Part shown: one piece after another, positions 24,441 through 33,125 of the stretch
Layout: each line of letters begins with the position of its first letter
Position numbering within the stretch: the stretch's first letter is position 1
Translations under genes and position numbers: made by a program
Notes under the pieces: generated by a model
What the model saw: only the letters and a program-made list of their open reading frames with translations
Told to the model about the DNA's origin: nothing
Database searches by the model: none
Assembly: GCA_964515115.1 (NCBI GenBank)
Contig: CAZESB010000005.1
Coordinates: 1-46,662 of the forward strand
Length of the DNA stretch: 46,662 bases
Origin: an uncultured Pseudomonadales bacterium
Lineage (GTDB): Bacteria > Patescibacteriota > Microgenomatia > UBA1400 > PJMF01
Reading direction: 5' to 3'

Positions 24441-25883
24441 ATGACGCCTCAGCAGACGCTACAAAAATTCTTTGGTTATCCAGATTTTCGCGAAGGCCAG
24501 TTGGAGGTGATTGAGCCACAACTACACGGCCAAGACACGCTAGCAATTCTGCCTACCGGAGGCGGTAAGTCCATTTGTTTTCAGGTTCCGGCTTTGATGT
24601 TATCTGGGACTACTATTGTCATTTCGCCCTTGATTTCCCTGATGCAAGACCAAGTAGATAATTTACTGAAAAATGGTATTGCCGCTACTTTTTTGAACAG
24701 TGCTCTGGAGGAAAAAGAGTACCAGCTTCGTCTGAAAAATATGGCTGAAAACCAGTACCGGCTTGTGTATGTTGCGCCAGAAAGATTACTCAATCCAGAT
24801 TTTATCAAAGTAGCGATAAAAATAGCCGTGCCTTTGATTGTGATTGATGAAGCGCATTGCATCAGTGAGTGGGGTAATGATTTCAGGCCAGCCTACAAAA
24901 AGATTCCTGAGTTTGTAGCCCAGCTGCCAAAAAGACCAACTATTTCTGCCTTTACCGCCACTGCCACACCGGCAGTGAAAACGGACATTAGCCAGTCGCT
25001 CAAGCTGCAAAGTCCTCACCTGTTTCAGCAAAGTTTCCGGCGCACCAATCTCAGCTTGCAAGTGCTTCATACCCCTAGCCGACAACTGCAAGAATTTCTG
25101 CTCATGCGGCTGATTAAAAAGCACCAACACGACACTGGCATTATTTATACGGCTACCAGGTCGGCTGCTGAGTACGTGAGCGAGATGATCAATTACTTTG
25201 CCGGAGCTAAAATTACTGCCGCTTATCATGGCGGTTTAGACAAAGAAATCCGCTCAAGCATCCAAGACCAGTTTATGAGTGATCAAAAAAGAGTTATTGC
25301 TGCCACCAATGCCTTTGGTATGGGAGTGGACAAAGCTAACGTGCGTTATGTGATTCACTATCATCCCAGTACCAGTATTGAAAATTATTATCAAGAAGTA
25401 GGCCGGGCCGGGCGCGATGGTAAAGAATCGAACTGCTATTTGCTTTACAATCCTTACTCGCTGGTTATTCATCATGGACTGATCAACAAACAAGAGCCTG
25501 AAACCCAAAAAAGAAATCAGGCAAAGCTGCAAGCAATGATTGATTATGCCAAGCACCAATCATGCAGAATGAAATTCGTGCTTAATTATTTCGGCGAAAC
25601 TGCCGATCAGTGCCACAACTGCGATTATTGCCACTGCCAAATTGAAGAATCTTCGCATCCTTTACTACAGTTGGCTGAGAAAGAGGAGAAGGAACGGATC
25701 AAGCGCTTGCTTGATCTGCGGGAAAATCTTTCCAGAAAACATCAGTGTCATCTCACCGAAGTCATGAGTGATTCGGTGCTCTGCAATATTGCTTTACATC
25801 AGCCTAAAAATAATCAAGAGCTGCTGAGAATACCTGGCGTAGGTTTAGGCTGGGTGGAAAGATGGGGCAGCGCCATATGTTGA
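24441..25883 (+). CDS. recQ: RecQ-family ATP-dependent DNA helicase
   Basis: FGYPDFREGQLEVI, PTGGGKS, DEAHCISEWGNDFRPAY, ATNAFGMGVDK, QEVGRAGRDG, a Zn-binding Cys cluster, and an HRDC-like end. I prefer the ATG at 24441. Confidence 0.9.
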   Translation: MTPQQTLQKFFGYPDFREGQLEVIEPQLHGQDTLAILPTGGGKSICFQVPALMLSGTTIVISPLISLMQDQVDNLLKNGIAATFLNSALEEKEYQLRLKNMAENQYRLVYVAPERLLNPDFIKVAIKIAVPLIVIDEAHCISEWGNDFRPAYKKIPEFVAQLPKRPTISAFTATATPAVKTDISQSLKLQSPHLFQQSFRRTNLSLQVLHTPSRQLQEFLLMRLIKKHQHDTGIIYTATRSAAEYVSEMINYFAGAKITAAYHGGLDKEIRSSIQDQFMSDQKRVIAATNAFGMGVDKANVRYVIHYHPSTSIENYYQEVGRAGRDGKESNCYLLYNPYSLVIHHGLINKQEPETQKRNQAKLQAMIDYAKHQSCRMKFVLNYFGETADQCHNCDYCHCQIEESSHPLLQLAEKEEKERIKRLLDLRENLSRKHQCHLTEVMSDSVLCNIALHQPKNNQELLRIPGVGLGWVERWGSAIC

Positions 25884-27715
25884 TAAAGTAGGCCATCTGC
25901 AAAACCTTTTTTGCGGTAGTATTCTTTGGTGCCGATAGCCGAAATGACGGCAATTTTTTCGTAACCGGCAGCGGCGCTGAGTTCACGAGCCTTGGTAATT
26001 AATTGAGTGCCGAGCCCTAAATGCTGAGCCTTGCCCTTGGCTTTTTTGCCGATTCCTACCACTCGCCCATAGACATGAATTTCTCTGATTATGGCCGCGT
26101 TTTGCAGCTCATCAATAAAGTTTTCAACTTTGGGTAGGCTGAGGCGCAAAAAGGCCACAATTTTGGTACCGCCGGTTTTGGCGTCCGGCACTACATATTG
26201 CAAAAATTTTTCACTGCTGACGTTAGTTTCATACTCAACGATTTCCAGTTTTAATTTTTTGTCATCAATCTTGTTGTTGCGAATTTCCCGAGCGCGGATA
26301 TCGATAGATTTTTTCCCGGCCTTAGCTAAATGAATTTCAGCGATTTGCCGGAAGTTGGTTTTTTTATTGCCTTCAACTATATCTGTTGAGGGAATATCGC
26401 GAATTATTCTGGTAAGACGACAGTATTCCGGCGTTTGCAAAATACAAGCCGACAAAACTTGCAGCAACTCTTCATGGGTGTAGGGTCGCCACAAACCTTT
26501 TTGAAAGTATTGCATTAACTCAGCGCTATTGATAAGCGAGCAGGGATAAATTTTTAGCTCGTCCGGATGAAAGTCCTCACCAGTGAATAACTGCTGAAAA
26601 TCCGCGACATCGGCTTCAACTGATGAGCCATAAAGATTAGCCATCCAGTGAGCATGAATTTTAAATCCAGCTTGACGCAGCAACTTGAAAGCGCGGCGGC
26701 TGGCTGCCACGTCGTGACCACGGTGGTTCTTTGCCAACACGCTGTCCTGCAAACTTTGCAAGCCAATTTGCGCCTTGGTGCAGCCCAGCCGCCTCATCCT
26801 CACTACCTCTGCTTCAGAAATATTGTCGGGCCGAGTTTCCACCACCAACCCCACACTCCGGCACTCGGCCGTTTCATTCTTCTGCTGCTCTCGCTCAAGT
26901 TCTTCCCAAGTAGACTGTTGATAATCGCCAAAACCACCCAAGGCCTCAGGCGCCACATATAACTCGGACACAGCTTGATTGTAAGATTTTGCCAAAGACG
27001 CACCCTCCACCATCTTGCCAGCCAAACGACGCTGATTTTCCTCCGGCAAATTACTGGGCGCGTGCAGCTGCATTGCCTCCAACCGGCGCCGCATCTCTTC
27101 ATAATGTTTTAGCACTGCAGCTCTGCCATCAATCCGACCAAAGTCATTCAGTGCCCGAAAGCACTCCTTAATAAACCAAAGCTGATATTGCTCAGGATAG
27201 TAAGACCAAGTACCGCCAAGCACAATCAGCTCAACTTTGTCCACCGAGTGGCCAATATTACTCAGTGCCTCCAGCCTAGTATAAGTCTGCAAATAAGGGT
27301 CAAACCAGTTTCGTTCAGCCCGCTGCGCTCCTGGTTCATCAGCCAGGTAGCTTTTGGGCATCCGGACGTCATTGGGACAAAAAATGCATTTGCCCGGGCA
27401 AGGAAAAGGCTTAGTCAGTACCGTCACTGGCGCCACACCGGACACCGTCCGCACCGGCTTCATCCTAATGTGCCTAATCACCGCTTCAGAATACGGCTGC
27501 AAGCCATTGGTACCGGCCAAACTGCGATAGGCTTGCACTAATTCATCTTTGGAAAAAACATCACCATTTTCTTTAGTATGCTTTTTGACTAGTTTAGCTA
27601 GCTTGTCGGCTGAACCAGCCTGCCAATGCTCGATAGTTTGCAAAATCGGGACCAGCTGCTCAAGATAATTGGTATAATCAAAAGGCCTGTTCATGAGTGA
27701 CTCATTATACTGCAT
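25814..27715 (-). CDS. elp3: bacterial Elp3 homolog (radical SAM plus GNAT acetyltransferase; tRNA U34 cm5 modification enzyme family)
   Basis: Radical-SAM cluster region PCPGKCIFCPND. Elp3-type central domain. C-terminal GNAT REIHVYG...GKAQHLGLGTQLI...YYRKKGF. Confidence 0.8.
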   Translation of the reverse strand: MQYNESLMNRPFDYTNYLEQLVPILQTIEHWQAGSADKLAKLVKKHTKENGDVFSKDELVQAYRSLAGTNGLQPYSEAVIRHIRMKPVRTVSGVAPVTVLTKPFPCPGKCIFCPNDVRMPKSYLADEPGAQRAERNWFDPYLQTYTRLEALSNIGHSVDKVELIVLGGTWSYYPEQYQLWFIKECFRALNDFGRIDGRAAVLKHYEEMRRRLEAMQLHAPSNLPEENQRRLAGKMVEGASLAKSYNQAVSELYVAPEALGGFGDYQQSTWEELEREQQKNETAECRSVGLVVETRPDNISEAEVVRMRRLGCTKAQIGLQSLQDSVLAKNHRGHDVAASRRAFKLLRQAGFKIHAHWMANLYGSSVEADVADFQQLFTGEDFHPDELKIYPCSLINSAELMQYFQKGLWRPYTHEELLQVLSACILQTPEYCRLTRIIRDIPSTDIVEGNKKTNFRQIAEIHLAKAGKKSIDIRAREIRNNKIDDKKLKLEIVEYETNVSSEKFLQYVVPDAKTGGTKIVAFLRLSLPKVENFIDELQNAAIIREIHVYGRVVGIGKKAKGKAQHLGLGTQLITKARELSAAAGYEKIAVISAIGTKEYYRKKGFADGLLYQHMALPHLSTQPKPTPGILSSS

Positions 27716-27736
27716 GCCCCGCTACTGACCGCGCCA

Positions 27737-28489
27737 ATGAAATTAACCACCATCAAGAAGCTCAACGCTCTCAACCAAAAGTTTTACCAAAATGTGGCCG
27801 AGCCTTTTAACCGCAGTCGCCAGTTTTATTGGTTGGGTTGGGAAAAACTGCTACCCACTCTCAAAAAACACTTTTACAACAACCATCAGCTTAAGGTCTT
27901 GGACCTTGGCTGCGGTAATGGCCGGTTTGGTAGTTTTCTCACCGAAAATTTCGAACAAAAAATCAATTATCACGGCCTTGATTCCAATCTCGAACTGCTT
28001 AAACTAGCAAAAAAACGATCGGTAAATTTTTCATTTTCCCACTCCGACTTCATTGATGACCTCCTTCACCATCGCTTTTTACAAAATTTTCCCCAAAACT
28101 CACAAGACTTAATCGTCATGTTTGGCGTTTGGCATCATCTACCCTCAAGCAAACTCCGCCAACAACTACTCCAAAAAATAACGGCGTTTCTCAACCAAAA
28201 CGGCCTACTCATTTTTACAGCCTGGCAGTTCTACGAATTAGAGCGCTTCAAAAACAAAATCATCAATCCCGAACTGGCCGACATCAACCCAACTGAACTG
28301 GAAACCAACGACTACCTCATCAGTTGGCAGCGGGGCGTAGAGTCCCACCGTTACTGCCACTATTCACCAGACTCGGAAATTCAGGAGCACCTCAAAAAAT
28401 CCCCCAGCATAAAGCAAATTGCCTCTTTCAGCGCGGATGGCGAGCAAGATCGCAGTAACAATTACTATATTCTAGGTAAAAATCAATAA
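27737..28489 (+). CDS. class I SAM-dependent methyltransferase, Trm9/ALKBH8-MT-like
   Basis: SAM motif I VLDLGCGNGRF. Later NDYLISWQRG...HRYCHYSPDSEIQEHL resembles the Trm9-family ...W....RYYH.F...EL block (pattern recalled, not searched). Divergent from elp3 with a 21-nt gap. Confidence 0.6.
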   Translation: MKLTTIKKLNALNQKFYQNVAEPFNRSRQFYWLGWEKLLPTLKKHFYNNHQLKVLDLGCGNGRFGSFLTENFEQKINYHGLDSNLELLKLAKKRSVNFSFSHSDFIDDLLHHRFLQNFPQNSQDLIVMFGVWHHLPSSKLRQQLLQKITAFLNQNGLLIFTAWQFYELERFKNKIINPELADINPTELETNDYLISWQRGVESHRYCHYSPDSEIQEHLKKSPSIKQIASFSADGEQDRSNNYYILGKNQ

Positions 28490-28509
28490 AACAGTGTACA
28501 ATATAGATT

Positions 28510-30099
28510 ATGAAAACTGCACTGGGGCTGCTTTATATCGTGCTAAGTATCATTGGCATCGCTGATGCGGGTTACATTACCTATACTGAATACCTGAAGC
28601 CGGGAGGCGAGGTAGTTTGTGGCCCTGGGTTTGACTGTAGTTCGGTTCTCGACAGTCCTTACGCCTACATCGGCCCATTTCCCTTGGCATTTTTGGGGCT
28701 GATTTTTTACTCGACTGTTTTTATCCTGGGAGTTTTGAACTTTCTAGATATTGATGTCCGCCCGTTTTTCAACAGACTAGCAGACAAACTCAAGCTCAAC
28801 CAACTCAACCCCCTCAGGTTTATTACCACCCATGAACTACTAGTCTTTTTAACAATTTTCGGAGCCTTATTTTCTCTTTATTTACTCATTATCATGGGCT
28901 ACGTGCTTAGAGCCTGGTGCCAATTTTGTCTTCTCTCTGCGGTCACCTCAATGTCACTTTTCCTGATTAGCATTTTATACACTATCTTAGCACAAGATCG
29001 TTCACTTTTTGTACTCAAACATCTTAATTTCCAAATTTTTAGTTTCTTGTACAAAAATGTGCTCAAGCCCGTCCTGTTTTTGTTCGACGCTGAAAAAGTT
29101 CACAACAGTTTTGCTGATTTTGGCAAAATTCTCGGCAGCTTTAGCTTGACGCAAAAACTTACTCACGCCAGTTTCGCTTTCAAGCACCCAGTTACTGCCA
29201 AAAAAATTGATGACATTATCTTCCCCAATCCTGTGGGTTTGTCGGCTGGTTTTGACTACAACGCCTTACTTACTGGTATCTTGCCCGATGTCGGTTTCGG
29301 TTGGCACACTATTGGCACTATTACTTATGAACCCTACGAAGGCAATCCCGTCCCTCGGCTCAAACGGCTGCCAGAATCAAAAGGGTTGTTGGTCAATAAA
29401 GGTCTCAAAAATATTGGCACTAGAGGTATTATTCAGAAACTTGAGGGCCGAAAATTTCGCATTCCTACCGGCATTTCCATTGCTAGCACTAATAAATTAT
29501 TCAAAAACACCAAAGAACAAATCATCGACATTTTGATGTCATTCCAACTCTTTGAGGAATCGAGGGTAGATCTCAGTTATTACGAATTAAATATCAGCTG
29601 TCCCAACACTTTTGGCGGCGAGCCTTTCACCACTCCCCAGCGCTTAAAATTGTTACTCACGGCCTTAGATAAGCTGGCTATTACCAAACCAATATACGTA
29701 AAAATGCCCATAGATCAATCAGCAGAGGAGACGCTTGAGTTGCTCAAAGTAATTGACAAACATCATATCCAAGGTGTCATTTTAGGCAATCTCACCAAAA
29801 ACAAAAATAATCCCGCCGTTTCTACAACTGAGAGAAAAATTTGGCAAGAAAGTAGGGGAAACGTTAGTGGTAAGGCCACCTGGGAGCTTTCCAATAACCT
29901 CATCAAATTAACCAAGAAAAAATATAAAAAGAGATTTACTATCATTGGTACCGGGGGAATTTTTACAGCCGAAGACGCGGATGAAAAACTTAAACTAGGT
30001 GCAGATCTGGTGCAACTAATTACCGGCATGGTTTTTGAAGGCCCGCAGCTGCTGGGAAAAATCAGCCACCTTCAGGCAAGAAAAAAATTAACGAATTAA
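28510..30099 (+). CDS. pyrD: fusion of VKOR-family domain (N-terminal) and class 2 dihydroorotate dehydrogenase (quinone)
   Basis: Residues 1 to about 165: four TM helices, loop cysteines VCGPGFDCSSVLDSPYAYIGPFPLAFLG and the TM4 redox motif WCQFC (VKOR signature). The rest: NPVGLSAGFDYN, YELNISCPNT, GTGGIFTAEDA, LVQLITGMVFEGP (DHODH type 2). Confidence 0.8.
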   Translation: MKTALGLLYIVLSIIGIADAGYITYTEYLKPGGEVVCGPGFDCSSVLDSPYAYIGPFPLAFLGLIFYSTVFILGVLNFLDIDVRPFFNRLADKLKLNQLNPLRFITTHELLVFLTIFGALFSLYLLIIMGYVLRAWCQFCLLSAVTSMSLFLISILYTILAQDRSLFVLKHLNFQIFSFLYKNVLKPVLFLFDAEKVHNSFADFGKILGSFSLTQKLTHASFAFKHPVTAKKIDDIIFPNPVGLSAGFDYNALLTGILPDVGFGWHTIGTITYEPYEGNPVPRLKRLPESKGLLVNKGLKNIGTRGIIQKLEGRKFRIPTGISIASTNKLFKNTKEQIIDILMSFQLFEESRVDLSYYELNISCPNTFGGEPFTTPQRLKLLLTALDKLAITKPIYVKMPIDQSAEETLELLKVIDKHHIQGVILGNLTKNKNNPAVSTTERKIWQESRGNVSGKATWELSNNLIKLTKKKYKKRFTIIGTGGIFTAEDADEKLKLGADLVQLITGMVFEGPQLLGKISHLQARKKLTN

Positions 30100-30609
30100 A
30101 TTTTGCTCAACCAGAGCCCCGAGAAAATACGCCACCAGAGCCGCAATTGAGCCGACCGCCAACATTTCCAGGCCATTTTTCCACCAAGGCCGGTGTAAAA
30201 TGACACTCCTCATGCTGCCCACCACAAATAAAGTCACCCCAGTAGCCAAGATGGAGAGAGGAAATTGCGCGGCTGGATCCAGCGGCACTCCAAGATAACG
30301 CACGAAATATGGCAGCAAAGGCATACTGCCAGCCGCCACAAACGACAAAAAATTTACCATTCCCGGCTTCCACAAATCATCGGGAACTTGCTTGCCGTTT
30401 TGCTGCGATTTATAAATTTCCTCCGACCGCTCACCTAAATAATCGCCCAAGCCCATACTCAAACCATCAGCAATCATGTTGGCAATACCCAAAATAACAA
30501 TGATATCAGAGCTCAAGCCCGCTCCGGCCACACCAGCCACCACCGCGAAAGTAGTAATAATGCCATCAATAGCACCTAGGACACCAGATTTAACGTATTT
30601 TGTGTTCAT
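30088..30609 (-). CDS. VIT1/CCC1-family iron/manganese transporter
   Basis: GAIDGIITTFAVVAGVAGAGLS and later TM helices are typical of the VIT family. I prefer the ATG at 30609. The 3' end overlaps pyrD by 12 nt (convergent). Confidence 0.75.
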   Translation of the reverse strand: MNTKYVKSGVLGAIDGIITTFAVVAGVAGAGLSSDIIVILGIANMIADGLSMGLGDYLGERSEEIYKSQQNGKQVPDDLWKPGMVNFLSFVAAGSMPLLPYFVRYLGVPLDPAAQFPLSILATGVTLFVVGSMRSVILHRPWWKNGLEMLAVGSIAALVAYFLGALVEQNLIR

Positions 30610-30730
30610 AACCAACTTAGCTTCTCATAAAGTAATTGTTGAAAATAGTAGGAAAATTACTTGTCTTTGACCATTTTCTTACAATCAATCGATAAGATGA
30701 GCGAGTGTGATTTTAGGATAAAAAAATTTA

Positions 30731-32464
30731 ATGAATCAAAATAGATTGACGATCCCACCGTTGCAACATTATAAGGCCATCATAGAATCTTCAAACGACG
30801 CCATCATTGGCAAAAATCTTGCGGGAGTGATCATGTCGTGGAATCCGGCTGCAGAAAAACTGTACGGATTTTCCGTCAATGAAGCAATTGGTCAACACAT
30901 TACCCTGCTTTTTCCACCCAGCAGAAATAAAGAGTATCAAAAAATCATGGACAAGATTAGCAATGAAGAAAAAATTGACAACTTTGAAACTGTCAGAGTT
31001 ACAAAAGAGGGCAAGTATATTAATGTCTCACTCTCAATTTCACCGATCAAAAACCAGAGCGGCAAAATTATTGGTGCTTCTACTATTGCTTCAGATTCAA
31101 CCGGAATTATCAAAAATATGCTGGCTAAAGATTTGTTGATTAAAGCAGGGAAAGTTTTGGCTTCTTCTCTTGATTATGAAAAAACCTTAAAAAATGTTGC
31201 TAAGCTGTCTGTGCCTAAAATTGCTGATTGGTGCAGCATCGATATTTTGGATCAAAACAATCAAATCAAAAGACTGACTGTGGCCCATGTTAATCCTGAA
31301 AAAGTGAAGTGGGCAAAGGAGCTCCAAAAAAAATACCCCATTGCTACCAACGAGAAAACCGGTGTGCCTGAAGTAATCAGAACCGGTAGAACGGAATTTT
31401 ATCCGGAGATAACCGAGGAGTTGCTCTTGAATGCAGATCTGGACGAAGAGCAGATTAAGTTGATCAAAAAAGTCGGCATGAACTCAGTGATTATTGCTCC
31501 CCTTACTTCGAGGGGGGAAACTTTTGGCGCCATTAGCTTTGTCGCCTCAACCAGGGGAAAATACTTTGGTGAGGTTGACCGTGATCTGGCTGAAGAACTA
31601 GCCAGACGAGCTGGAACAGCGATTGATAATGCCAAATTATTTGGAGAAATTACCACCCACAATCTTGAATTAGAGCAGAAAGTTCAGCAACGCACTCAAG
31701 AACTTTCACATGCTATTGCCGAACTCAAACGCAGCAACCAAGAATTGGAAGATTTCGCCAGAGTGGCTTCCCACGATCTTCAGGAACCACTGCGAAAAAT
31801 TCATACTTTTGGTAATTTGCTACAAAGCCGGTATGGGCATCAAATTGATGATCAATCACAAGAGTATCTTGAACGCATCATTTCCGCCACCAAAAGAATG
31901 CGTAATTTGATTGAAGGCTTGCTTACCTATTCTCAGGCATCAACCAAGCAGCAAGACTTTAAATATGTTCATTTGACAAAAATTATCAAGGAAGCTTTGA
32001 AAGATCTTGAAGTAGTTATTGAAAATTCTCACGGGGAGGTGGCGGTGGATAAAATGCCTAAAATTGAAGCTGATCCGCTGCAAATGTCGCAGGTGTTTCA
32101 AAACCTAATCGGTAATTCGCTTAAATTTCATCGGCCCGGCATCCCACCGCAAATTAGAATTTATAGTAAAGCAGCAGGAGACAATAAAACTGCAGTGCAA
32201 ATTATTGTCGAGGATAACGGAATTGGCATTAAAGCAAATCATTTAGACAGGATTTTTACAGTTTTTGAAAGGTTACACACTAAGACTGAATTTGCCGGTA
32301 TGGGCATTGGCTTGGCAGTAGTCCAGAAAATTATTGAGCGCCACTGCGGAGAGATTGTCGTCACTAGCAAACCCAAAAAGGGAACAAAATTTATCATTAC
32401 TCTACCTAAGCATCAGACGAAAAAAGAAGTAGAGGCAATTGCTCAGCGGCTGGCGATTAATTAA
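30731..32464 (+). CDS. PAS-GAF sensor histidine kinase
   Basis: PAS (SNDAIIGKNL.GVIMSWNPAAEKLYGF). GAF-like middle region. Coiled coil. H-box FARVASHDLQEPLRKI. N/G boxes of HATPase_c (NLIGNSLKF, DNGIGI, GMGIGL). Confidence 0.85.
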   Translation: MNQNRLTIPPLQHYKAIIESSNDAIIGKNLAGVIMSWNPAAEKLYGFSVNEAIGQHITLLFPPSRNKEYQKIMDKISNEEKIDNFETVRVTKEGKYINVSLSISPIKNQSGKIIGASTIASDSTGIIKNMLAKDLLIKAGKVLASSLDYEKTLKNVAKLSVPKIADWCSIDILDQNNQIKRLTVAHVNPEKVKWAKELQKKYPIATNEKTGVPEVIRTGRTEFYPEITEELLLNADLDEEQIKLIKKVGMNSVIIAPLTSRGETFGAISFVASTRGKYFGEVDRDLAEELARRAGTAIDNAKLFGEITTHNLELEQKVQQRTQELSHAIAELKRSNQELEDFARVASHDLQEPLRKIHTFGNLLQSRYGHQIDDQSQEYLERIISATKRMRNLIEGLLTYSQASTKQQDFKYVHLTKIIKEALKDLEVVIENSHGEVAVDKMPKIEADPLQMSQVFQNLIGNSLKFHRPGIPPQIRIYSKAAGDNKTAVQIIVEDNGIGIKANHLDRIFTVFERLHTKTEFAGMGIGLAVVQKIIERHCGEIVVTSKPKKGTKFIITLPKHQTKKEVEAIAQRLAIN

Positions 32465-32492
32465 AGGTTAAAAAATCAGCTATAATGGTCGT

Positions 32493-33125
32493 ATGCGAAG
32501 ATCAGAAAAGTTTTCTTTAATTTTAATTCTGGCTACTTTTTGCCTGGGAATAGCGCTTTATCCGCGGCTACCGGACCAGATGGCAGCGCACTGGAATTTT
32601 GCTGGCAACGCCGATGGCTTTATGCCCAAACTTCCCGGTACTTTCTTCTTGCCTTTGACTATGTTAGCCGTTTTTGGCCTTTATCAATGGATGATCACTG
32701 CTGATCCAATGAAAAATAATATCGTCAAATCAATTAAGCAATTTCATCATTTCTTAATCTCAATTTTCATTTTCTTCTTTTATTTGTTCTGCTTAATGAT
32801 GGCTTGGAATTTGGGTTATCGATTCAACATGACCCAATGGATCGTTCCGGCAGTGAGTATGATTTTTATTGCTATTAGCCATATTATTAAAGATATCCAA
32901 CCAAACTGGACCTTGGGCATCAAAACTCCCTGGACTTTGTCTGATAAAAAAGTTTGGCGAGAAACTCATCAGTGGGGGAGTAAGATGTTTAGGGCAGCCA
33001 GCATGGTGATTTTGGCTGGCGTTTTTCTGCCTCAATACCTGCCGTATTTGTTTATAGCAGCCATTCTGCTGGCTGCCCTGGTACCCACCGTTTATTCCTA
33101 CTGGAAATACAAACAACTTAACTGA
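32493..33125 (+). CDS. DUF1648/SdpI-family membrane protein
   Basis: LPDQMAAHWNFAGNADGF (DUF1648) followed by the SdpI-like TM bundle (NWTLGIKTPWTL...W). TATAAT lies 6 nt upstream of the ATG. Confidence 0.7.
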   Translation: MRRSEKFSLILILATFCLGIALYPRLPDQMAAHWNFAGNADGFMPKLPGTFFLPLTMLAVFGLYQWMITADPMKNNIVKSIKQFHHFLISIFIFFFYLFCLMMAWNLGYRFNMTQWIVPAVSMIFIAISHIIKDIQPNWTLGIKTPWTLSDKKVWRETHQWGSKMFRAASMVILAGVFLPQYLPYLFIAAILLAALVPTVYSYWKYKQLN

